Origin: Elusimicrobiota bacterium
GTDB taxonomy: Bacteria; Elusimicrobiota; Endomicrobiia; CG1-02-37-114; JAHJSO01
DNA length: 64,000 bases
Direction: 5' to 3'
Assembly (NCBI GenBank): GCA_043826435.1
Contig: JBDRQF010000053.1
Location: 896-64,895, forward strand
Part shown: positions 1-8,730 of the stretch, one piece after another
How positions within the stretch are numbered: position 1 is the first letter of the stretch
Layout: each line of letters starts with the position of its first letter
Notes under the pieces: model-generated
Told to the model about the DNA's origin: nothing
Database searches by the model: none
The model's input: the letters and a program-made list of their open reading frames with translations, nothing else
Made by a program: the position numbers and the translations under genes

Positions 1-17
1 CTGACCTTGGTTCTGGT

Positions 18-3000
18 GTGACCACAGGACAGTACTCAATTTCAGGTGCAGGTATTGGCTGGACGGACATTTTTAATATTCCTACCGGGACACAGGCGTA
101 CACATCCAACTGGGGTCTGCAGTCAGGTCACTGGGGACTGTTAACCCCAGGAACAAACTATGTTTCTGTCCGGGGTTTTGATAAAGTTAATCTATCAACC
201 AGTGTGCCAAATTTATTCTTGGTGCTCAAGGATACCGAGCCACCCGCCGGCATCACAAATCTAACATGTAATCCGGGAATATCAGGGGGAGAAATTTTAT
301 TGAGTTGGACTGCACCGCAGGATATTCCGAGCGGGGTTGAGAGTTATTTAGTAAAATATACTACGGGTCCGCAGTTTATTAACCGTACTGATTTTTTGGC
401 TCGTGGGACAACATTTTATCAGTCCTGGACACCCCTTTTGTCGTCCCAGACAGAAAACAAATCAGTTACTGGACTTATAGAGGGAAGCACATATTATATT
501 GGTATTTTAAGTAAAGACAGAACAACGCCGCCTACAAATTATTCTCCACTGCTATATGGTTCAACAAACCAGTCATCTGCACAAAGAGTTGCCCCGGCGC
601 GGATAACAACCCTTGCGGGCTCTTCTCCTGGTGACTTAAATCCTTCAGAGGTCCGACTGACATGGACTGCAGTTGGCGATGATGGGACAACGGGTAATGC
701 CTCAGGATATGTTGTTAAATATGCGACTTATGCCTTTACATCAGCGGAGTGGAATAGCTCTGTTGTATCAACTTACACGCAGTCATGGACTCCTCTCTCA
801 TCAGGCTCACAGGAGGAAAAAGTACTTTCAATGCCACAGTCAGGGACAACCTATTATTTTGCAATCAGGGTATTTGATGACGCATCTCCGGGAGAGAATT
901 ATTCACTAATGTCCAATACAGTTGCAGTCCAGTCACGACCAACAGGCCCTGCTGATGGCATGATCGTATTCCCAGACGGCACATCAGGAACGCCTAAATA
1001 CCGCAAATACACAGCAGCAAATAATTCTTGGGGAACGACATCAGATGCAGCAGGTAGTGCAGGAACAGTCAGATGGGCGGTACTTCGTGCCTGCCCCACC
1101 ATCAGAAACGAAAAACTTCTTGGTATTCAGTCAGGCGGTGGAACAGAACCCGATGGTCGGCTATATTTACAACGATGGAATGGCAGCACATGGGCGGGGA
1201 TGTCACCATTGACTCCTTCGTCACAAATAAATTCTACAAAATATGATTCCAGGTATCGGGCGTTTGATATTGCCTATGAGCAGACAAACGGTAGGGCGAT
1301 GATTGTGTTTTCAACAAACGGCGTGGGTGCGGTTCAATATCACCTGTGGTCATCCACTGCTGAAGCGTTTGTTATATACGGTGGAACGGTCCCACTTTCT
1401 GGCTCCAGCGGGGTTGTCCGTTGGGTCCGTTTAGAGCCGCAACCTGGGACAAACCGGATAATGTTGTCAGCACTTGATGCAAACAATGACCTTTACTCTA
1501 TCTGTTGGAATGGTTCGTCCTGGGTTGAGGGGAATATGAATACCGTCGGGACAGCGGTCAATATATATCAGTGTTATGATGTCGCCTGGGAATTGACCTC
1601 CGGGAGATGTTTGGTTCTCTGGGCTGAAGGAACTGCTACACAATATAAAATTTATACTCCCGGAACTGGTTGGGGAATTGCAACAGCAGGACCCAACCCC
1701 GCTGCTACTGTAAACTGGATAAAACTTGCCTCTGACAGGGTTAGCGGAACAAACCGTATAGGTGCCTCAATACTGGATGCCTCCGGGGCACCCAATGACT
1801 GGTGGGTGAGTATATGGGAAGGCAGTTCATGGATTAATACGACGGAAATATCCGCCAGTATGGATGCCGCAACCCAGCGACTTATGGACATTGCCTGGGA
1901 AAAAGACGGAAGGTGCATTGTCGTCGGAGTGCAGAATGCAGCACCTGCAAGTTCCCTGAGTTACGCTATATGGTCGGCAGGTTGGTCGGGTCTTACGACA
2001 CTCTCCGATGATTTGGGAAATTCCGTTGACCTGAGATGGTTACAACTTATTCCTGACCCGAACTCCAATAAAATGATTGTTGCAGGGACAAATGCAAACA
2101 CGTCAAACAATGCCTCTGTAAGGACGCAGAACTGGTCGGGGACATCCTGGTCGGGTGTGACCGCCCACACTGCTCTGGCTCCTTCCGGCACTTATGAGTG
2201 TGCAGTCATTACTCTGGATAGACACGATACAGTCGCACCTACTTTTACCAATAACCAATCAGGAGATGGGATATGGCGTTCAATAAATAATGGTGTGTAC
2301 GATGTTGACTTCTTTGACACGGGCGACTCTAAACTTTCAAAGGTCCAGACGCAGTTGGCATCAGGTTCAGGTGGCAGCGGCGTTTACAGGACATGGACGG
2401 ATGAAATTACCGGAATTAACGCGGAGTCCTATACAACTAACTGGGGTTTGACCGGGACTACATGGCAGCAGTTAAATCAGGGAAAAACATTCATATCGCT
2501 TAAAATTTTTGACGGTGTAGGAAACAATGTTTCACTCACAGATGCATTTTATGTTCAGAAGGATACACAGCCACCAACTATTACTAACAACATGGCCGGT
2601 GGACTTACAACATGGTTCAATAATAACCCGGGTGCTGTGATGGATATTGATTTTGCTGACCAGTCAGGGTTATCACTTCTTTCTACGGCACAATATTTAA
2701 TATATGCACAGTCAAATATGACGGGCTCACAGATTGTTGTCGGGACAATATTTAACTATGCACCTTCTCGTTTGGGATGGACTGATAACTTTGGTTTGAA
2801 TACAGGTCACTGGGAATTGTTATTGAATTCAACCAACTATGTTTCAGTTAGATGTTTTGATGTTGCCGGTTCAACACGGACAGCCATTGACGCATTTGTG
2901 GTCTTAAAGGATACTGTCCCGCCAGCAGGTATTACAGGGTTGTCTGCGCTTCCTGGTGGCTTTAAGGGAGCGATAGCCCTTACATGGACCGCTCCGTCGG

Positions 3001-6000
3001 ACACAGGTTCTGGAAAAGTGAGACAATATATGATAAAATATTCATCCACGGTTGAAATCTCAACGGATGGCCAGTTTGATTCAGCCATGACATGGCCAAA
3101 TAATATCATCCCGTCATCAGCAGGGACAACGGAGAATATAACACTCACAGGGCTTGACATAAACACCACATATTATTTCCGTCTAAAATCAAAGGATGTT
3201 TCAGAGCCAGTGTCTCTCTCATCATGGTCTGTAATGTCAAGTTCTGCCGGGTGCAGACCGCAGAGGGCGAATGTTTATATAAACGACATTGTCCCGTCTT
3301 TGTCGGCAGGTTCTGACTGGGTAGAACTCTTCAGCAACCTGTCGGCGAGTCAGACGCTCAATGGGTGGACGCTCGTGTATAACCAGGGCAGTATTGATTC
3401 GCCCGGCAGCGAATCAACCGTGTGGACCGGCGGGGCGGCTCACTACGTGTCTTCAGGCGGATTTTTTGTAATAGACGGGCTCTCACTTGATTCTTCCCAG
3501 AGTTATCATGTCCAACTAAGGGACAACCTGAACCGCCTGATAGACATTGTCCAGTGGCCCGCAGGGCTGGTTTCTGGCAATTCGTTTAGCCGTATTACAG
3601 ACGGAAATGACAATTATTTTGAAATTGACCCGACTCCAACAAAGAACTATGCCAACCACACAACTACGGGCGTTATAAAACTGAATGAGATTGACTATGT
3701 TTCTTCAGAAGAGTTTATTGAGATATACAACTCCTCGGATACTGTCCAGTCCATGACCGGCTGGTCTGTCAGGAATTACAACAATATCGTATTCAGGTGG
3801 ACAAGGCAGTGCTATCCACGAACATTTTCAGGGCTGTGTTGGACTTCCGTTGACAATACAGGCAAGACGTGGACGAACGCTTTTGGTAGCGGCGGGCTGG
3901 ACAGTGTGTCTGATTTTGTAGTCCTTGAAAATAATTCCGGGCAGGTTATTGACAGGACTACCTGGCAGTCAGGTTCAACTTACAGATACCGGAATTACAA
4001 GGGACAATTAGTTTCTTACGGCGCACCTGCGCCGGGTGGTGCGGTGTCAGGAGAGACCATAGGCAGACAACCGTCCGAGGGTGCGGATACGGACAATGAC
4101 TCAAACGACTGGATTGTGTTTTCTGCATCTTCCCTTGGCAGGAGGAACAACAATCCGACGCCAGCAACAACAAACAATTTGGGTTATCCTGCGTCTGATT
4201 CTTTCATCCCCCGAAGAGCAAAACTTGAACTAACCCTCGGGTCTGACTCATCCGGTGGCTGGACAGATACTTTATGGTTTGTCCGCACAGGGGGTTCAGC
4301 GGACAACAGGTCGCCACACATTTATCGTCTCACTGACCTGGGATTTGTTCTGTCTTCAATATCTGCACAGACAACTCGGCATGTCTGGATAAACAGACCC
4401 GACATTGATGGTTGGACACTTATTAACGGGACAATCTACAAATGTATTTTGAATACAGATACCGGTTCAGGTGCAACCCCTCAGATAATCCCGAGCAATA
4501 TCACTTATGATGCATCAGTCCACACTATTAGTGTTGTTGATTGTGCCAAACCACTGGTCAACAATGGTAAAAGGACAGCGATGCTCAGGGCTGATATAAA
4601 GTCAAACAGCCCGTCAGGCGCAAATGCAATCGGCGTTTCAATGGTGAAAGTAAAATTGACAGACGGCTCCGGCACAGCCCTTACAACCCTGCAGGCGCAG
4701 AGTATTTTTGGAAATATATACCTTATTGCAGACAGTTTAACGTCGGGCAGCACCGGGGTTTATCAGTATGAGATGGACACTGGCACTGCCGCCCATGCGA
4801 GTAGCAGTGAAATTTCACTGGATGGGGACGGCTACCAGACGATAAACTTATCCACCCCGAACACTGCTGGAAGGGTTTCAGCAGGGCAGTCAAAAATTTA
4901 TTTTATGGTCGTTGACCTTACGGATAATGCGGACTCGCAATCACCCAATAATTTCAGGGCGGGGATGGATGCTGATTCAGACACTACTCTTGTTGATATG
5001 CCATCCCTGGTCTATCAGGATATTCAGGGCACATCGCTTGTTACCTCTGTGTCGTCTTATGCTATTGCCCCTGCGTCCGCACCTGCCGGCACGTACTGGC
5101 CTTATGATTCAGGCACTATAACAACGATTGAATCAACCCCTGAAATTTATGATAAAATATACGTGGGCATGGGCAACGGCACTCTGATAGCATTGAGCGA
5201 TGCAGGTGAGTATAATTCTGATTATGCGGGGACAGGGGTTTTGCTCACCCCTTTAAGAAGTGATTACTGGACAGGCGAAAATAATTATGTATATTTTGTA
5301 AGTAAGTCGGGATATATATATAAGAATACGACGGCAAATAGTAATGTGTGGACAAGGACGCTTTCTGCAGACATAAGTTCGGATTTTTCCGCCTACACCT
5401 CGCTTTATGCAGGCACATCAGACGGCAGGTTTTACCGTCTGGATACCTCGGGCGCTGACGTATGGAGCCCCGCGCCGACGCTGCCCAGCGGGGCGATGGC
5501 CGGCTCACCAGTGATAGACGATGGTTTTTCGACGGGCATAGGCGAAAGTTCTGTGTGGGTGGGGACGAATTCCGGATGGGTTTACCGTTTGAAATTATTA
5601 GATGCAACGGTTCTTTCTTCAACCTATGTCGCCTCTGCAATAACGACTTCTATATGTTATGATTCGGGATATTATGCCCAGTCATTGAACAAAATGAATG
5701 TGTATTTTGGTACAGAAAATGGAAAGGTATATTGTAGATATGGTTTGACACTCAGCAGTGTGCCGGCTAACTGGCAGGACTGCAGTTTCAATTCAAAAAT
5801 AAACTCACTGGTCGGGCCGCAGATAGAAGGCACGGACAAGTATTTATATTTGGCGTGCGAAAACGGCATGGTGTATAAAATAAATGCGGAAACAGGTGCG
5901 ACGGTCTGGTCATACCAGGCGGGCGGTGCGGTCAGGGCAGGATTGTTCGCTGCTACCTCTATGGCAAGTCCAGATATTAATTCCCCATTTTACAACCTCA

Positions 6001-6185
6001 ATTACATATACTTCGGCTGTGAAGACGGCAACCTGTATGCTGTCCACAAAGACACGGCAGGGATGAAGCAGGGTTTCCCGGTGTCCGTCGGAGCGGAAAT
6101 AAAAGGGAGCATAAAATATGACACATCAAATCACAGGGTTTATTTCGGAGCGAATAATGGAAAGATATACTGCATCCAGCAGTAA
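18..6185 (+). CDS. Giant secreted surface protein, 5' end cut by the window edge. It has FN3-like repeats, four ~95-aa Trp-rich repeats, three ~120-aa repeats ending in 'KDTxPP', two lamin-tail domains (LTD) and a C-terminal PQQ-like beta-propeller. There is no C-terminal sorting domain.
   Basis: The frame is open from the window edge. The FN3 signature 'LSWTAP...YLVKY...TYY' recurs. The LTD motifs are 'VYINDIVPSL...WVELFSN...NGWTL' and 'IKLNEIDYVSSEEFIEIYN...MTGWSV'. The PQQ-like blades are 'VYFGTENGKVYC', 'YIYFGCEDGNLYAV' and 'RVYFGANNGKIYCI'. Confidence 0.8.
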   Translation: MTTGQYSISGAGIGWTDIFNIPTGTQAYTSNWGLQSGHWGLLTPGTNYVSVRGFDKVNLSTSVPNLFLVLKDTEPPAGITNLTCNPGISGGEILLSWTAPQDIPSGVESYLVKYTTGPQFINRTDFLARGTTFYQSWTPLLSSQTENKSVTGLIEGSTYYIGILSKDRTTPPTNYSPLLYGSTNQSSAQRVAPARITTLAGSSPGDLNPSEVRLTWTAVGDDGTTGNASGYVVKYATYAFTSAEWNSSVVSTYTQSWTPLSSGSQEEKVLSMPQSGTTYYFAIRVFDDASPGENYSLMSNTVAVQSRPTGPADGMIVFPDGTSGTPKYRKYTAANNSWGTTSDAAGSAGTVRWAVLRACPTIRNEKLLGIQSGGGTEPDGRLYLQRWNGSTWAGMSPLTPSSQINSTKYDSRYRAFDIAYEQTNGRAMIVFSTNGVGAVQYHLWSSTAEAFVIYGGTVPLSGSSGVVRWVRLEPQPGTNRIMLSALDANNDLYSICWNGSSWVEGNMNTVGTAVNIYQCYDVAWELTSGRCLVLWAEGTATQYKIYTPGTGWGIATAGPNPAATVNWIKLASDRVSGTNRIGASILDASGAPNDWWVSIWEGSSWINTTEISASMDAATQRLMDIAWEKDGRCIVVGVQNAAPASSLSYAIWSAGWSGLTTLSDDLGNSVDLRWLQLIPDPNSNKMIVAGTNANTSNNASVRTQNWSGTSWSGVTAHTALAPSGTYECAVITLDRHDTVAPTFTNNQSGDGIWRSINNGVYDVDFFDTGDSKLSKVQTQLASGSGGSGVYRTWTDEITGINAESYTTNWGLTGTTWQQLNQGKTFISLKIFDGVGNNVSLTDAFYVQKDTQPPTITNNMAGGLTTWFNNNPGAVMDIDFADQSGLSLLSTAQYLIYAQSNMTGSQIVVGTIFNYAPSRLGWTDNFGLNTGHWELLLNSTNYVSVRCFDVAGSTRTAIDAFVVLKDTVPPAGITGLSALPGGFKGAIALTWTAPSDTGSGKVRQYMIKYSSTVEISTDGQFDSAMTWPNNIIPSSAGTTENITLTGLDINTTYYFRLKSKDVSEPVSLSSWSVMSSSAGCRPQRANVYINDIVPSLSAGSDWVELFSNLSASQTLNGWTLVYNQGSIDSPGSESTVWTGGAAHYVSSGGFFVIDGLSLDSSQSYHVQLRDNLNRLIDIVQWPAGLVSGNSFSRITDGNDNYFEIDPTPTKNYANHTTTGVIKLNEIDYVSSEEFIEIYNSSDTVQSMTGWSVRNYNNIVFRWTRQCYPRTFSGLCWTSVDNTGKTWTNAFGSGGLDSVSDFVVLENNSGQVIDRTTWQSGSTYRYRNYKGQLVSYGAPAPGGAVSGETIGRQPSEGADTDNDSNDWIVFSASSLGRRNNNPTPATTNNLGYPASDSFIPRRAKLELTLGSDSSGGWTDTLWFVRTGGSADNRSPHIYRLTDLGFVLSSISAQTTRHVWINRPDIDGWTLINGTIYKCILNTDTGSGATPQIIPSNITYDASVHTISVVDCAKPLVNNGKRTAMLRADIKSNSPSGANAIGVSMVKVKLTDGSGTALTTLQAQSIFGNIYLIADSLTSGSTGVYQYEMDTGTAAHASSSEISLDGDGYQTINLSTPNTAGRVSAGQSKIYFMVVDLTDNADSQSPNNFRAGMDADSDTTLVDMPSLVYQDIQGTSLVTSVSSYAIAPASAPAGTYWPYDSGTITTIESTPEIYDKIYVGMGNGTLIALSDAGEYNSDYAGTGVLLTPLRSDYWTGENNYVYFVSKSGYIYKNTTANSNVWTRTLSADISSDFSAYTSLYAGTSDGRFYRLDTSGADVWSPAPTLPSGAMAGSPVIDDGFSTGIGESSVWVGTNSGWVYRLKLLDATVLSSTYVASAITTSICYDSGYYAQSLNKMNVYFGTENGKVYCRYGLTLSSVPANWQDCSFNSKINSLVGPQIEGTDKYLYLACENGMVYKINAETGATVWSYQAGGAVRAGLFAATSMASPDINSPFYNLNYIYFGCEDGNLYAVHKDTAGMKQGFPVSVGAEIKGSIKYDTSNHRVYFGANNGKIYCIQQ

Positions 6186-6194
6186 CACCAGCGG

Positions 6195-6393
6195 TGTCAT
6201 TGCGAGCCACCGTGTCATTGCGAGGGGCGAAGCCCCGAAGCAATCTCTTCGCCCACTCTGTCATTGCGAGGAGCGAAGCCCCGAAGCAATCCCCTTTTAC
6301 CGACGAGATTGCCACGCCCTTCGGGCTCGCAATGACAATCCAACGGGTATTCAAATGATGTGTCATTGCGAGGCGCAGCCGAAGCAATCCCTT
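6195..6393. repeat. Cluster of MITE-like palindromic repeat units (TGTCATTGCGAGG...GAAGCAATC) at the junction of the two giant ORFs. Three to four forward units and one inverted unit (6308-6337).
   Basis: Forward units begin near 6195, 6213, 6259 and 6361. 'GATTGCCACGCCCTTCGGGCTCGCAATGACA' at 6308-6338 is the reverse complement of the unit start. The same termini recur at 8.6 kb, 12.6 kb and 55.9 kb. Confidence 0.8.
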
Positions 6394-8634
6394 TTGCTAT
6401 GGGCTATCCTTATCTGTTTTGTCTCTGTTGATTTCACATCCGCCGCCTCATGGAAGGCGTTCAGAAGAGGCGCCGGCAGGGAGGGGTTTATCAACGAGCA
6501 GGCATACCCTTACGCAGCCAACCCGCCCGGTTGGAATTATAACGTATTTTCTCCGGTTTTGTCTTCCCCTGCCGTCAAGGACGGCGTAATATATTTTGGC
6601 TCAAGAGACGGTTCCGTATGGGCATTAAATGCCCTGACAGGGGAAGTCCTGTGGCAGTACTCAACAAGCGGTTGGGTTGATTCAACCCCTGTCGTTGGAG
6701 ATTCCTTCGTCTATGTCCTGTCCAGGGACGGTGTCGTTTATTGTTTCAAAAAGAAGTATGGGGAGGAGGAGGACATGCGTCCCGTCTGGGAATATAACAC
6801 GTCCGCCACGAACTGTTCTTCTCCCCTGTACACCGACGGAAAGATTATTTTTCTTACCGGCCCTGCATTTGCAGGGACCGAGCAGAAAGCATACCTGTAC
6901 TCGCTGGACGCCCTGACGGGCGCCCTGGTTGAAAAAAGGCAATTGGGCCAGTTCAGTTATTCATCCGTTGCAACCGATAAAGACCGTTTTTACTTCTGCA
7001 CCAGCGACGGTAACTTTAACTGTTATGAAGGGGGCAAACCGCTCTGGACGAAAAAGACAATGGGCGGGCTGTACTTCACTACGCTTGCGGTTAAAGACGG
7101 GAAGGTTTACGGTTACGCCGGTTCTATTGACAACAGGGTTTATTCAATTTCCGGGGACGGTTCCGTTCTGTGGTCATCCCCTGAATTGAGCAACGTGGCT
7201 ACCGACGGAACTTCAATATCCGTTGCCGGGGATAAGGTGGTCGTGAACGTTTACCCGTTCGGGAAGGGATGGAACGGTTCGCAGTACACCTCATGGGCAG
7301 GCCGTCTTTACTGCCTTGATTTGCAAAACGGGACGACGCTCTGGTTCAAGGAATACACACCTGCAATAGACCCGTCCAAATCATACGGGCTTACTTCTTC
7401 TCCTGCAATCGCCGGCAAGGTTGTTTATGTCGGCACGACCGAAGAAGTCCTGTATGCGCTTGACATTGACAGCGGGACGGTTATAGCGAATTACTCTCTG
7501 GACGGCGGGATTGTCGCTTCGCCGGCTGTTTCAAACGGATGGATTTATATCGGCACGCTTTCAGGCAAATTCTACGGCATTAAGGCGGAAAAGATAACGG
7601 CGATATCTTCACCTGACGACGGGGATTCGGTTGGCGGCAGGGTTCCGTTAAAGGGACATGTAGTCCAGAAGCCGGCTGAATACGAAAAATACCGGATTGA
7701 CTATTCCCTCAATGATAACCCCTCAGTTTACGGGACCATTGCAGAATCATCCGCCACACCGTCAATAGAAGGGGACACACTCGCAACATGGGACGTTACG
7801 GGACTGCCCCAGGGCGAATACACAGTCAAACTTTATACCCTTGGTTCAACCGGAGGCGTTTTAGGAAGTGCTGCTGTGCAGTATTTTGTCAACCAGTCAA
7901 CGAGCGTTTTTGTCGGCAGGCAGGGCGGCACACTGCAGTTCTTCAGTGACGGCACTGAGATAGTAATCCCAGAGGGTGCGGTTGAGCAGACCGTTGAGAT
8001 TTCAGCCAGGAAATACACCGACCAGGAAGATTGGACGGGCAAAAACACGGGTATTCCGTCGGACGTCCGGGCCGCGGGAGACGCCAGAGAGTTTACCGTA
8101 TCGCCGTTGGTGGAGTTTAGCAAGAATGTCACGATTAAACTCCCTTATGAACTTGGTAAAAGCGGCATTTCACTGTCGGCAAAAGAGAAAAATCTCCGGC
8201 TCTTCTGGTGGGATGCAGACAAAAACAAATGGCGTATGGTCAATAACTCAACCCCGCATTCCGACGACACCCCGAAAAGGGTGTGGGCTGACATTCCGCA
8301 TTTTTCAACGTACAGGGTAGGCGAGTTTATTTCATCCGATACATTGCTGTTGGATGTTTATACCTACCCGAACCCCGCTCGTCTGACGGACAAACTTTAT
8401 TTTAAATTTTCATTGGGGGCTGAGAAAACGGACGTCATCATAGACGTTTACAACGTTGCAGGCGAATTAGTGGCGCACCTTGTGCGTCCGGGCCAGGACG
8501 ACGATGCGGGCCAGGTAAGGCAGTTTGAATGGGACATATCAAACATTGCAAGCGGTATGTATGTTTACAGGGTTGAGGCGAACTCATCCGGCAGGAAACA
8601 GTCGGTTACCAAAAAACTTGCAATAATACATTAG
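6355..8634 (+). CDS. Secreted PQQ-like beta-propeller protein with a conserved C-terminal cassette (two Ig-like domains plus a T9SS-type C-terminal sorting domain). It may be the split-off C-terminal half of the upstream giant gene.
   Basis: ATG at 6355 lies inside the repeat element and gives a signal-peptide-like N-terminus (MMCHCEAQPKQSLLLWAILICFVSVDFTSAAS). The ORF-track frame 6118-6354 is only the repeat read through. The PQQ blades include 'VIYFGSRDGSVWALNALTGEVLWQY'. The C-terminus is 'YTYPNPARLTDKLYF...VYNVAGELVA...ASGMYVYRVEA...KKLAIIH'. Confidence 0.7.
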   Translation: MMCHCEAQPKQSLLLWAILICFVSVDFTSAASWKAFRRGAGREGFINEQAYPYAANPPGWNYNVFSPVLSSPAVKDGVIYFGSRDGSVWALNALTGEVLWQYSTSGWVDSTPVVGDSFVYVLSRDGVVYCFKKKYGEEEDMRPVWEYNTSATNCSSPLYTDGKIIFLTGPAFAGTEQKAYLYSLDALTGALVEKRQLGQFSYSSVATDKDRFYFCTSDGNFNCYEGGKPLWTKKTMGGLYFTTLAVKDGKVYGYAGSIDNRVYSISGDGSVLWSSPELSNVATDGTSISVAGDKVVVNVYPFGKGWNGSQYTSWAGRLYCLDLQNGTTLWFKEYTPAIDPSKSYGLTSSPAIAGKVVYVGTTEEVLYALDIDSGTVIANYSLDGGIVASPAVSNGWIYIGTLSGKFYGIKAEKITAISSPDDGDSVGGRVPLKGHVVQKPAEYEKYRIDYSLNDNPSVYGTIAESSATPSIEGDTLATWDVTGLPQGEYTVKLYTLGSTGGVLGSAAVQYFVNQSTSVFVGRQGGTLQFFSDGTEIVIPEGAVEQTVEISARKYTDQEDWTGKNTGIPSDVRAAGDAREFTVSPLVEFSKNVTIKLPYELGKSGISLSAKEKNLRLFWWDADKNKWRMVNNSTPHSDDTPKRVWADIPHFSTYRVGEFISSDTLLLDVYTYPNPARLTDKLYFKFSLGAEKTDVIIDVYNVAGELVAHLVRPGQDDDAGQVRQFEWDISNIASGMYVYRVEANSSGRKQSVTKKLAIIH

Positions 8635-8718
8635 CGTCATTGCGAGGGCGAAGCCCGTGGCAATCTTGTAAATACATTAGCGTCATTGCGAGGGCGAAGC
8701 CCGTGGCAATCTTGTAAA
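8627..8718. repeat. Perfect tandem duplication of a 47-bp unit that includes the last codons and stop of the upstream gene plus one MITE-like unit (ACATTAGCGTCATTGCGAGGGCGAAGCCCGTGGCAATCTTGTAAA).
   Basis: Two identical copies follow each other directly. The first copy contains the TAG stop at 8632-8634. Confidence 0.85.
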
Positions 8719-8730
8719 AGTTAAACTGTT

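Noticed and set aside
673-6066. Numerous 60-130 aa ORFs on both strands inside the 2055-aa gene
   Set aside because: They are embedded in a continuous, domain-rich long frame and are spurious alternative frames.
6118-6354. N-terminal 79 codons of ORF 6118-8634 ('MTHQITGF...HCEERSPEAI...')
   Set aside because: This stretch overlaps the end of the upstream gene and is merely the repeat cluster read through. The first plausible start is ATG 6355.
6186-8720. The regularly recurring GTCATTGCGAGG units could pass for a CRISPR array
   Set aside because: Unit spacing is irregular (14-60 bp). Units are imperfect and partly in inverted orientation (palindromic pairs). The same termini bound a 148-bp element elsewhere. 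No cas genes or leader are present. A MITE/REP-like element fits better.
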